Assembly: GCA_030427425.1 (NCBI GenBank) | Contig: JAUICQ010000001.1 | Location: 46,665 to 110,664 of the forward strand | Length of the DNA stretch: 64,000 nt | Reading direction: 5' to 3' | Source of the DNA: Fimbriimonadia bacterium | Lineage (GTDB): Bacteria > Armatimonadota > Fimbriimonadia > Fimbriimonadales > Fimbriimonadaceae | Part shown: positions 37,095-46,359 of the stretch, piece by piece | Position numbering within the stretch: the first letter of the stretch is position 1 | Layout of the letters: every line of letters starts with the position of its first letter | Notes under the pieces: generated by a model | Told to the model about the DNA's origin: nothing | Databases searched by the model: none | The model's input: the letters and a program-made list of their open reading frames with translations, nothing else | Position numbers and translations under genes: made by a program

Positions 37095-37808
37095 ATGTCT
37101 ATCACAATAATGCACACTAGTGATTTTCATGGGTTTCTTACTCATGAAAGGGCAATGGTGTTAAAAGAGTTAAGGAAGGATGTTAATTACTATTTTGATT
37201 CAGGCGACTTAATTAAAACAGGTAATTTAACCATTCCATATTCAACTTTAGAAGATAATTGGGGTAGATTAGCTTTTTTAAATTGTTCTGCATCTACATT
37301 AGGAAATAGGGAAGTGCATCCTCTAAAATATGCTAATAACATGAAGATATATGGTGCTAGGCACCCTATACTTTGCGCAAACTTATTTAATAATAAGAAT
37401 AATTTATTACATCTTCCATATAAAGTATTTAGTGAAAGCAATCTAAGGGTTGGTGTTTTTGGTGTGATGATACCCATTTTAACAGAAGCATCATCGAAGA
37501 AAATAGGTAGTAATTACTACTGGAAAAATCCATTTGAGATAGCCATTAAAACTATCCGTAAAATTCGTAAAAAGTGTGATGTAATCATAGCATTAACCCA
37601 TATTGGTTTAGAGATGGATATGTTGCTCGCTTCTTTATGTCCGGAGATATCTATCATTCTTGGCGGTCATTCTCATGATATACTAGAGAAACCAGTGAAA
37701 GTGAATGATACATTTATTTGCCACACAGGTTCCCATGGAAAGTATGTGGGTATGTATCACTGGAATAAAGGAGTAATGGAGTATGATCTTAAAGAAATTA
37801 AACATTAA
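37095..37808 (+). CDS. Metallophosphoesterase (5'-nucleotidase N-terminal domain-like)
   Basis: MHTSDFHG, SGDL, GNRE, LTHIG, GGHSHD calcineurin-like motif series. Only the catalytic domain is present (237 aa). Confidence 0.7.
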   Translation: MSITIMHTSDFHGFLTHERAMVLKELRKDVNYYFDSGDLIKTGNLTIPYSTLEDNWGRLAFLNCSASTLGNREVHPLKYANNMKIYGARHPILCANLFNNKNNLLHLPYKVFSESNLRVGVFGVMIPILTEASSKKIGSNYYWKNPFEIAIKTIRKIRKKCDVIIALTHIGLEMDMLLASLCPEISIILGGHSHDILEKPVKVNDTFICHTGSHGKYVGMYHWNKGVMEYDLKEIKH

Positions 37809-39393
37809 CCTAGTAGTATCTATTTTTTACGTCTTCATGCTACTTATGTTTGGATGTAGTAGATCTGCCAAAGAAACCGTATTGAATATTGATAGAGATA
37901 GATTAATCTATCCATTAACAGTTAATCCCACCTCCTATGATGTGGCTACTGTTTCAGATCCTAGAACATACACCGGATTGCTCCAGCATATTTACGATAG
38001 ATTGCTTGTATATGATACAAATAATAACATAGTGCCAAGTATTGCTGAAGACTGGGAAGTATCGCACAATTATAAAAAGTATACGTTTTACCTAAAGAAA
38101 AACTTAGTCTCCCATGATAACCAACCTATTAACGCATACAACGTGAAGCATAGCATAGAGCGGGCCTGTCATCCCGATTTGGTATCTTCAACAGCAGAAA
38201 AAGCTTTTAGTACATTAAAAGGGTTTACTGATTACAACCAGGGCATTAAGAAGAGTATTGACGGCATTGAGGTAGTTAATGAGTATACTGTTAAATTTCA
38301 TTTACATAGAACAGATTCAGGTTTCCTCTCTAAGTTAACATATCCAGTAGCAAGCATTGTTCCTTTATCTACAAAGATAGCTCCCATAACAGATTATGAA
38401 GAGCTTGTTGGAACCGGTGCCTATAAAGTTGAAGAAATAGTTCCATCAAGTTTAATTAAGTTAAGCTATTTTAATAGTTTTCATACAAGGTGTAAGTGTT
38501 TTAAAAATATAGAAATCCCGATAGTAACAGATTTAAATAGCCTGGTGGCAAAGTTTAAGAATAAAGAGTTCCACTTTTGTGAGATTTCACCGGATGATGT
38601 AAGATCGGCAGTGGATGATAAGGAGTTGCAGAATAAGCTTTTAAAGGTCCCATCCGGATCATTATTTTATACTGAACTTTCTGCAATAGCTTATAAACCA
38701 TTTGAAAATCCTTTAATAAGGCAAGCGATATATCATGGGATTAATTTAGTAGACATTGAGGATACAATACTGAATGGAACAAAAATGTATGTTGCAAATT
38801 CTATTTTTCGTAATGTAGAGAGCAATTTCGATAATATAGTGCAGTTTAATCCTAGTTGGTCAAAAAGTTTATTGAGAAGAGCAGGCTATAATAGTGGATC
38901 CGATCTTCCAGAGCTTGTGATATATGCCCCCGAACACAGAAAATTAGGTAGAGCCATCGCAGAAAGGATGTGTCTGCATCTAAAACAGAATCTAAATATA
39001 AACTGTAGAGTAGGTGTTATTGTCTGGAACGATTATCTAAAAAAATTGTCTAGAAGCAAACTACCTATGGCTATACATAGATATACACCTAACTCGTTAA
39101 ATGTGCAACTAGTGTTAGAAGATTTGCTTCTCTCCTCAAAAAATGTAATGAAATATTCAAAATATAACAAGACATTTCAGCAAGCTCTAAATAAGCTGAA
39201 TGCGGTAGCTATGCCAGAATTTTCAGTGTCTATTTGTAATGATATACAGAAAATAGTTAATAGAGAAAGATTAATCATGCCTCTCTTTGTTAAAGACGAT
39301 GTATACTTAGTGCAAGATGGGGTTGATAAACTTCAATTTAATTTTCAGGGTCCGATGCACTTAAATAAGGCAGTTTACAGAAACAGATTCTAA
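37783..39393 (+). CDS. ABC-transporter substrate-binding protein, family 5 (Opp/Dpp/MppA-like), lipoprotein
   Basis: Signal plus lipobox (LLMFGCSRS). Size and segments typical of SBP_bac_5 (PSIAEDWEVSHNYKKYTFYLKKN..., GTGAYKV). No permease or ATPase genes nearby. 26-bp overlap with the upstream gene. Confidence 0.65.
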   Translation: MILKKLNINLVVSIFYVFMLLMFGCSRSAKETVLNIDRDRLIYPLTVNPTSYDVATVSDPRTYTGLLQHIYDRLLVYDTNNNIVPSIAEDWEVSHNYKKYTFYLKKNLVSHDNQPINAYNVKHSIERACHPDLVSSTAEKAFSTLKGFTDYNQGIKKSIDGIEVVNEYTVKFHLHRTDSGFLSKLTYPVASIVPLSTKIAPITDYEELVGTGAYKVEEIVPSSLIKLSYFNSFHTRCKCFKNIEIPIVTDLNSLVAKFKNKEFHFCEISPDDVRSAVDDKELQNKLLKVPSGSLFYTELSAIAYKPFENPLIRQAIYHGINLVDIEDTILNGTKMYVANSIFRNVESNFDNIVQFNPSWSKSLLRRAGYNSGSDLPELVIYAPEHRKLGRAIAERMCLHLKQNLNINCRVGVIVWNDYLKKLSRSKLPMAIHRYTPNSLNVQLVLEDLLLSSKNVMKYSKYNKTFQQALNKLNAVAMPEFSVSICNDIQKIVNRERLIMPLFVKDDVYLVQDGVDKLQFNFQGPMHLNKAVYRNRF

Positions 39394-39394
39394 A

Positions 39395-40954
39395 ATGCAG
39401 AAAACAAATATTAAGCAAGCAACTATTATCATAATGATAAGTATATTTGCTAGTAGGCTATTAGGTGTGCTCCGTGATACAGTTATGGCATCCTTATTTG
39501 GTGCTAATGACGCTACAGATGCTTATAGATTAGCTTTTCAAATCCCAGATCTTGTATTTTATCTTCTTAGTGTAGGTTCTTTGAGTGCTGCATTTATACC
39601 GATATTTAGTGAATATTATCAGAAAGACAAGAAGGAATCATGGGATTTTTTTGCTTCAATTAACTTTCTTTTAGCCATTTTTTCATTTATCATTATTGCT
39701 ATATTATGGTTTTGTTCAGATCTCCTGATGGATTATTTAGCTCCTGGGAAGAGTATTGAAATAAGGAATAACGCTGCAAGTATGAGCAGAATTCTACTAC
39801 CTGCACAGTTTGCATTTATCATTGGTTCTGTGTTATCTGGAACGCTTTACGTGAGAAGTATTTTTCATATTCCAGCAATAACGGGTATAGCCTATAATCT
39901 TTTTATCATTATAAGCGCCATAGGTGGCAATTTTTTATTTGATGCTGGAATAAATAGTATGTGTTGGGGGGCGCTGTTTGGTGCTTATATAGGGGCCGTT
40001 CTTATTCCGGTTCTATATATGTTAAAGCTAGAAAAACATCCTTGGATGAACATGCAGTTAAATCATCCTGGAATAAAGAGATTTGCGCTACTTGCGCTTC
40101 CAGTATTATTAAGTTTATCTCTTACGAATTTATTAGGAATAATTACGCAGATTTTTGTAAGTTATTACGATTCAGGAGTTAATACGGCTGTAGATCTAGC
40201 AAATAAGTTAATACAAGCGCCGATGGCGGTAATAGGTCAGGCGAGCGGTATGGCAGCATTTCCTGTATTAGCTAATTTAATTAATGAGAAACGGATGAAT
40301 GAATTCGTAGATCAGGTAAGGAGGTCAACGTTGATGATTTTATTGTTATCAATATTAGTTGCATCCTTATTTGGGATATTAAGAAAAGAGATTGTAGTTC
40401 TGTTATTTCAGTATGGAAAGTTTACTGCGGGTGATGCTGAGAGAATACAAGATCTACTTGTATTTTATTCTTTGCAGATAGTGCCTTGTTCGCTGTTGCC
40501 TTTTATTACTAGAGTGTTTTATGCTAGTCAGAATACGGTTCTTCCAACTATACTTAATACTATTACTACGGTACTATTTGTGTTTTTAGGATATATGGTG
40601 GTTTATTCTGGCTTAAGTTATCAGTATATGCCAATCTGTTCTTTTGTCTGTACTGCACTGCTCTGCGTTGCCTTATATATTATTTTTTCAAAGAAGTACC
40701 TTCAAAATATTCAGTATGCAGGTTTAGGTTTACTATTTATGAAGTTAATTGCATTCTATGCTTATAGTACATTAATTGGAGTGATAATTAATAAATTTTT
40801 AGGAGATATTGTTTTAGTTCAAGAGCACTTTTCTGCATTGATAAAGATCTGCATTGTATCATCGATTTCAGTACTCAACTTTATGGTATTTCTCCATGTT
40901 TTTGGTTTTTCTGATGTAAATGCGAAGTTGAAAAGTTTAATTAAACGTGTCTAA
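39395..40954 (+). CDS. murJ: Lipid II flippase MurJ (MviN)
   Basis: SRLLGVLRDTVMASLFGANDATDAYRLAFQIPD is the characteristic MurJ N-terminus. About 14 TM segments, 519 aa. Confidence 0.9.
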   Translation: MQKTNIKQATIIIMISIFASRLLGVLRDTVMASLFGANDATDAYRLAFQIPDLVFYLLSVGSLSAAFIPIFSEYYQKDKKESWDFFASINFLLAIFSFIIIAILWFCSDLLMDYLAPGKSIEIRNNAASMSRILLPAQFAFIIGSVLSGTLYVRSIFHIPAITGIAYNLFIIISAIGGNFLFDAGINSMCWGALFGAYIGAVLIPVLYMLKLEKHPWMNMQLNHPGIKRFALLALPVLLSLSLTNLLGIITQIFVSYYDSGVNTAVDLANKLIQAPMAVIGQASGMAAFPVLANLINEKRMNEFVDQVRRSTLMILLLSILVASLFGILRKEIVVLLFQYGKFTAGDAERIQDLLVFYSLQIVPCSLLPFITRVFYASQNTVLPTILNTITTVLFVFLGYMVVYSGLSYQYMPICSFVCTALLCVALYIIFSKKYLQNIQYAGLGLLFMKLIAFYAYSTLIGVIINKFLGDIVLVQEHFSALIKICIVSSISVLNFMVFLHVFGFSDVNAKLKSLIKRV

Positions 40955-41395
40955 CTACACTTCTATTTCATAAGAGGACTCTTCTTTTTTAGTATCTGTA
41001 TCCTCTTTGCTGGATGAATCAGATGTTTCTTCATGTATTTTAATTTCTGCTTTTTCTTTTGGTTCTATTTTCTTGTTATGATTATATAAGTCTTTGGGTT
41101 TTTTCCAGGTTTTTGTAGACTTAGATTCAATAGTAATCTCTATCTTAGGATTCATCTGAGTACTATCTAATGTCTTAGGGGTAGAATCCGAACTGTTGTT
41201 GGAATCTATTATGCCTTTCGTAGTAATTATTTTTGTATCTTTAGATAAACTTTGCACATAATTATTTAGAAAGTTGCCTAGAAAGTAGTAACCTGTAAAG
41301 AAGAAGAGTGGTGGTACCATAAACCACTTAACAAATAATTTAGCATAATAGTTTTTATTTACTAGTATATTATGTAGGGATGTATAATTGTTCAT
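40955..41395 (-). CDS. Membrane-anchored hypothetical protein with Ser/Lys/Glu-rich tail
   Basis: One TM (FMVPPLFFFTGYYFLGNF), low-complexity C-terminus. Its stop codon abuts the murJ stop with zero gap. Confidence 0.4.
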   Translation of the reverse strand: MNNYTSLHNILVNKNYYAKLFVKWFMVPPLFFFTGYYFLGNFLNNYVQSLSKDTKIITTKGIIDSNNSSDSTPKTLDSTQMNPKIEITIESKSTKTWKKPKDLYNHNKKIEPKEKAEIKIHEETSDSSSKEDTDTKKEESSYEIEV

Positions 41396-41470
41396 TACAA
41401 TAAATTATGATAATTATAAGTTCTATTTTTAGTATAACATTAATAATAAACAATTAAATGGCAAATACAA

Positions 41471-43315
41471 TTGAACATGACTAAAATATACGAAGACATA
41501 CTAGATGTTCAGAGCAGAATAATAAATACGATATCGCCCGATAGGAATATTCACGATTGGAATATATCTTATTTACCGGTACTAGATCTTTCAGATAAAA
41601 CCCATGTAGTTAGTCTAAGATTAGTTCATATAGAGAATAAATATTTAAAAATTTCAGTCGCGATAGATTTAGGTGGCAGAATATTAGAGATATTTGATAA
41701 GCGGACCAAGGTAAATCTCTTGCCTAAAGTTACAGCCTTAGAGCCCGTGCCACATCTAATTAGAGGGGTTCAGTTATTGCAGGGATTGGAATGGAGTATA
41801 ACAAATCCGAAGTTTTCCTCTAGCTACAGAGTGAACAGTATGGGAAGTGTAGACTATTCTATTCATGATGAGAATATGGATGCAAATCCCACCCTATTGA
41901 TACATGAATATTCGCCTCAAGAAGGACTTTCTTGGTATGGAAGCATTGTTTTGGATAGTGATAGCACGGAAATTACTCTTACCTGCAATGCTATAAACAG
42001 GAACTTTCATCCTTTACCACTACATTCAGGTTTAATTTTTAATGGTAAGGATACAACTGTTTTTGAAGCTAAAGATAATGCTGGCCTTAAATTACTAAAG
42101 ATGGAAGAGAGGGAGTCGGGATTTGTTGTGAATCATGAAGACTGTTTACTCCATTCCATTCAAAAATCGGGTGATGCCGTTGATATAGGTATGGTTCCAG
42201 GCGATTATCATCTCATGCCATTCGAATCCGTTTCTTGGCAAATGAAGCTATATCCATTTTCTCAGATTAAGCGGATTGATGGCGCATCAGAGTATGGAGT
42301 TGTAGGTGTAGATAAAGAGAATCTATATGTGCAGGCTAACAGAAAATTAGAAAAAAACAAAATATTATTAGTAACGGAAACGGATAAGAAATTAGAACTC
42401 CAGACCGATTTTTATCCTGAACATATTAAAGAAGTAAGCTTAGAGAATGTTCAAGAGAGTATATCGCGAATTCTTATTAGAGATTTATCGGAGCAAAAAG
42501 ATTGGGTAGATATCAATTTAGAGGAATCGTGCTTTATTCAGTTAGATAATTATCAATGGGATTCGTATTTGAATGAAGTATCCATTTTAAGTAAAGAGGA
42601 ATCGGTTTTAAAAGAGTATGAATCTTGCGTCAACTTACTACTTGAGAATAGTAGGGAAGATATCGATGTTAAGAGATTATCATATAGTTATTTATTTAAA
42701 CATCATGCACTAATTATTGATGTAATTAGTAAGATTAGAAAAGAAGAGTATGGTGTTGCATTACTTAAATTAGAGCAGTGCGCACAGTATAATTCAGATA
42801 GCTTTTTATTGTGGTGGTTGGTTGCATACTGTAGAAGGAAGGCGAATCAGGATATCGATGATGCTTTACTCAATCTGCATTATCTATCAAACATGGATCC
42901 GTTATTAAAAGCAGAAAGTTTTCTCTCTCAAGGTAATACTGATAGCAGTAGTATGCTAGCAAGTTTATCAGGGAATATAGGGGCTCAGATGGATGTATTA
43001 AATTGGTACTACTTAGTAGGAGACATAGATGCTTCTTTAGAGTGGATTGATTCTTGCATGAAGTTAAATAAACATGAGATGTTATTTTATGCTAAAGCTT
43101 ATATATTCATTAAATATAAAAAATTAGATATAGAAGCAGCTGCAATAATGAAAGAATCGGGCGGTTTAAAACAGAGTCTATATTTAGCATCCTCGCACCT
43201 GGAAAATAAAATTATTCAGTTCTTAACAACATATTTCCCTAATGATAAAAAATTGCATGAATGGTGCATGAGAACCGGTCAATGTGCAAATTTAAACAAA
43301 AATCTTAATGTTTAG
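41471..43315 (+). CDS. Hypothetical protein (N-terminal beta-rich domain with LGGRILEIFDK segment, C-terminal helical/TPR-like region)
   Basis: 614-aa ORF with coding-like composition. N-terminus is vaguely reminiscent of DUF5107/aldose-epimerase-like domains, which is unverified. TTG 41471 or ATG 41477 start. Confidence 0.45.
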   Translation: MNMTKIYEDILDVQSRIINTISPDRNIHDWNISYLPVLDLSDKTHVVSLRLVHIENKYLKISVAIDLGGRILEIFDKRTKVNLLPKVTALEPVPHLIRGVQLLQGLEWSITNPKFSSSYRVNSMGSVDYSIHDENMDANPTLLIHEYSPQEGLSWYGSIVLDSDSTEITLTCNAINRNFHPLPLHSGLIFNGKDTTVFEAKDNAGLKLLKMEERESGFVVNHEDCLLHSIQKSGDAVDIGMVPGDYHLMPFESVSWQMKLYPFSQIKRIDGASEYGVVGVDKENLYVQANRKLEKNKILLVTETDKKLELQTDFYPEHIKEVSLENVQESISRILIRDLSEQKDWVDINLEESCFIQLDNYQWDSYLNEVSILSKEESVLKEYESCVNLLLENSREDIDVKRLSYSYLFKHHALIIDVISKIRKEEYGVALLKLEQCAQYNSDSFLLWWLVAYCRRKANQDIDDALLNLHYLSNMDPLLKAESFLSQGNTDSSSMLASLSGNIGAQMDVLNWYYLVGDIDASLEWIDSCMKLNKHEMLFYAKAYIFIKYKKLDIEAAAIMKESGGLKQSLYLASSHLENKIIQFLTTYFPNDKKLHEWCMRTGQCANLNKNLNV

Positions 43316-43421
43316 ATAAAAAATAGAATATTATTGAGCAATTATTAGCCACAATTATATTAAGCTTGTTTAGTATGCATTGTTATTTGTACTAGATAAG
43401 ATTAGGTGAAAATATTAAATT

Positions 43422-44075
43422 ATGAGACGGAATTCAGGGTTTAGTTTAGTAGAGTTATTAGTAGTAATTACAATCATGTCCATATTAATGGGAATAGGAT
43501 TCACTCAGTACCCAAAGATGCAGGCAAGCGCTAGAAAAACCCAGTGTATGAATAACTTAAAACAATTGTTTATAGCTTTCACTGCTTATATGCATGATAA
43601 TGATGATAATCTTCCTGTAGTAGTAGATGACACTAAAGATAAGTATAAAGAGCAGTGGCCAGTGGCTCTTTATGAAGAAGGCACCAAAGATCCTGGTATG
43701 TATATATGTCCGGTAGACGATTCTGCTAAAACAATCCGAGAGAATTTTGATAAAATCAAGGACGTTTTAAAGGATAAAAAAACAGAAGAGACTAAGCCAA
43801 AAAGATTTTCTTCATACGTAATAAATGCAAAGATAGCAAGTGCAAATATTAATGATATAGATGAACCCCATCAGTATCCCTTACTTTTTGATGCCGCCTC
43901 TGATTTTAATCCAGGTGAAGACGATAAAGCGAATCAGGTGGATGAGAAGCTTTCAGTAGATGAATACTATCCTGTTATCTCAGATAGACACAGCAAGAAG
44001 TGCCTCTGTTTGATGATAAGTGGAAATGTGAATTTGTACGAGAAGAAAGAGTTAGCTCCACTACTGCTTAAATAA
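43422..44075 (+). CDS. Stand-alone pseudopilin with prepilin-type N-terminal signal and H-X9-DG-like C-terminal motif
   Basis: MRRNSG/FSLVELLVVITIMSILMGIGF. C-terminal RHSKKCLCLMISGNV (H, nine residues, then SG in place of DG). Confidence 0.7.
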   Translation: MRRNSGFSLVELLVVITIMSILMGIGFTQYPKMQASARKTQCMNNLKQLFIAFTAYMHDNDDNLPVVVDDTKDKYKEQWPVALYEEGTKDPGMYICPVDDSAKTIRENFDKIKDVLKDKKTEETKPKRFSSYVINAKIASANINDIDEPHQYPLLFDAASDFNPGEDDKANQVDEKLSVDEYYPVISDRHSKKCLCLMISGNVNLYEKKELAPLLLK

Positions 44076-44393
44076 TTAAGACTTCTATTTAATATATAAC
44101 GATAAATTCACAATGCGGCATTATGTAAGAGAGTGGATCTCCTTCGAGGATGACTAAAGCGAGCGGGGCTAGGTGAACACTGTTGTCTACACGTGATTTC
44201 AGACTAACCATTGATGTGTTTGCTAAGGATATTAATAATTTAACATCAATCTCACTAGAAAATAATCTATCTTTTTTAACTCTATACCTAGTAAAAATAC
44301 TTTATCTTCCGATGATTAATTAACAAGTGAAATTTATTCGTGTGGAATATATTGGGACCGCTATGCGGGCAGTATATGATAGGAAGTATAGAG

Positions 44394-44762
44394 ATGGGTA
44401 GTAGTATAGAGAAAAGAACTCACACACGATTTTCAATTTTAGAATATGTTTTAGTGGATAATTTGTCTACTGGCGGGAATATTAGAAGTTTAATGGTAGA
44501 TGTTTCTCTCCGTGGCGCCCAAATAAGGTGCAGGGAAGTATTAGAGGTTGGCAACAAAGTGGTGTTGCATATACCAAGAGAAGCAACATCCGCCATGGAA
44601 TTAAATGCTGAAGTTAGATATTGCTATGAAATGGAAGATGATAACATTCAGTGCGTAGGCGTGAAGTTTACTCCACTAACAAAGATAGAGCAGCTGCAGA
44701 TAGCTCATTACCTGTACGATATGGTGATAAAAAACAAGAGTTTTGAGGACGAATTAGAATAG
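44394..44762 (+). CDS. Single-domain PilZ protein (c-di-GMP receptor)
   Basis: RTHTR (RxxxR) followed about 30 aa later by DVSLRGAQI (DxSxxG). The ORF is open from GTG 44340, but ATG 44394 has an AGGAAG SD 7 nt upstream. Confidence 0.7.
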   Translation: MGSSIEKRTHTRFSILEYVLVDNLSTGGNIRSLMVDVSLRGAQIRCREVLEVGNKVVLHIPREATSAMELNAEVRYCYEMEDDNIQCVGVKFTPLTKIEQLQIAHYLYDMVIKNKSFEDELE

Positions 44763-44788
44763 AAGTATTGATAGGTTAAAGGTAATTT

Positions 44789-46354
44789 ATGTTTAGTGCG
44801 AAACAATTAACAGGGGTGTATCCTAGTAATATTAGTTCTTTGGTATATGAGCGTGCTAACGTTAATCATAAGGGGAAAGAACGCTTAACTGAATCTGTCG
44901 CCAAAAGTTTAGAAGGCACAACGGTAGACATGCAGAGTCAGGAGTTTTCGAATGCTCATACACTGCATGAGAAGCATAGCAGAATTCAGAATAGTATTAC
45001 TAATGGCAAGCTGTTAGAATCGTTTTCTAAACAATCTGGTCCTAAAATTAGAAACATGTTAAGCATGATGAGTAACATGGGTGGAGAAATTACCGATAGC
45101 AACAGAGCATTCTTAATGAATAACATGATGAGTGTTCATGAGAATTATTTTAAAATGCTGAACAGTAATTCAGCAGGTAGAGATTCAGATGATTTTATAT
45201 TCTACACTAATTTTCCGGACGATATAGCAGAAGTTAATATCTACAAGCTCCCTGAATTATTTGATAAGAGCATGCTCTCTACTTTCTCTAATTTGAAGAG
45301 AGTTAAGAGTGATGCGGCGTTGTTATCAGAAAAATCTTTCAACATTAACAGCGTGAAGTGTGAAGAAAAAAACATTACTGTAGATGGAGTAGACATCCCG
45401 ATGCTTAGTTCCGATACTCTGGGTGGATATATTCAACGTATTAATAACATTAAAGATATTCATGGCATAGATGTTAATCTTAGTTTTACTGATACGGACA
45501 TTGTTTTAAATGCATCTAAAAATGATGAAACTGTTATTGTTACTTTTCCATTTACAGATATCCCGTTAGATAACAAACATGATATTCAGTTAAGGATAAA
45601 TGGATCCGATCTTGTTATTCCTAAAGATTCTAGCCTAGGGAATGTGTTAGAAATATTATCAGATAAAGTTAGTGATACAAGAGTTAAAGCAAAGCTAGTG
45701 CAGAGTAATGATGGGGTTAAAATTCAATTTAATAAAGCAGCCGGAAATGATAATCAAGAAGTGTATCTGATAGATAGTGGCAGAGTGTTTTTTAAAGAGA
45801 TGGTATCCACTATCAAAAATAGAGAAGAGTATCTTCTGAATATAGATCAGAAAGGATTATCCAAGGAGATGTTATTTAATAAGATTGATGATGGCACGTT
45901 AGAGGATGTTAGTGGGAATACCATTAAATTTAATAGACCGATTAATTTAAGTTTGATAAATAAATTTAAAGACAAGAAATTAGGATTTTTAATTCAGGAT
46001 ACTCTTCCATCAGATAAAAAGGCTCGTAGGAAAAATCCAGATCTTACACTATCGGAAGAGATCCGCATTATCGGTAAGAGCATTAACGATCTATCGGGCG
46101 TGTTTGGGTCGGGTCAGAATTCCGAACGAGCTATTGGCGCATTAGGTGGCATTCAAAATATTCTTAAAGAAGAAAATATCAGTAAGATGAGAGCTTCTCA
46201 TAATCAGCCTACAGCTAGTATCGGTTCTGGCATGGATAGAGTGAATAGTATAAATGCGAATGGCATGATGCAAAGCTTATTTGTTAATACAAGCGGTGAG
46301 GATGTTGCAGGGATGTTCAACATGAAGTTGCTACAGAATAGATCCCTGCGATAA
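44789..46354 (+). CDS. Hypothetical protein with two flagellin-hook IN-type motifs
   Basis: NITVDGVDIPMLSSDTLGGYIQRINNIKDIHGIDVNLSFTDTDIVLNAS (nt 45371-45517) and IQLRINGSDLVIPKDSSLGNVLEILSDKVSDTRVKAKLVQSNDGVKIQF (nt 45584-45736) fit the pattern I.I.G..I.....tL......IN.....GV.A.l....L.L. The termini are not flagellin-like. Confidence 0.5.
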   Translation: MFSAKQLTGVYPSNISSLVYERANVNHKGKERLTESVAKSLEGTTVDMQSQEFSNAHTLHEKHSRIQNSITNGKLLESFSKQSGPKIRNMLSMMSNMGGEITDSNRAFLMNNMMSVHENYFKMLNSNSAGRDSDDFIFYTNFPDDIAEVNIYKLPELFDKSMLSTFSNLKRVKSDAALLSEKSFNINSVKCEEKNITVDGVDIPMLSSDTLGGYIQRINNIKDIHGIDVNLSFTDTDIVLNASKNDETVIVTFPFTDIPLDNKHDIQLRINGSDLVIPKDSSLGNVLEILSDKVSDTRVKAKLVQSNDGVKIQFNKAAGNDNQEVYLIDSGRVFFKEMVSTIKNREEYLLNIDQKGLSKEMLFNKIDDGTLEDVSGNTIKFNRPINLSLINKFKDKKLGFLIQDTLPSDKKARRKNPDLTLSEEIRIIGKSINDLSGVFGSGQNSERAIGALGGIQNILKEENISKMRASHNQPTASIGSGMDRVNSINANGMMQSLFVNTSGEDVAGMFNMKLLQNRSLR

Positions 46355-46359
46355 AATTG

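Noticed and set aside
44100-44215. c-di-GMP-I (GEMM-I) riboswitch upstream of the PilZ gene
   Set aside because: There is superficial resemblance (GAGAGUGGA..., ACUAAAGCGAGCGGGGCUAGG against ...AAGAGUGGGACGCAAAGCCUCCGGCCUAAACC in Vc2). However, the conserved ACGCAAAGC core, the GNRA tetraloop/receptor arrangement and the P1/P2 pairing could not be reproduced by eye. It is kept only as an unclassified patch.
44292-44315. Sigma28-type promoter (TAAA ... TCCGATGA) upstream of the PilZ gene
   Set aside because: The CCGAT core is present, but the spacing to TAAA is about 3 nt too short compared with TAAA-N15-GCCGATAA. It is mentioned only as weak context.
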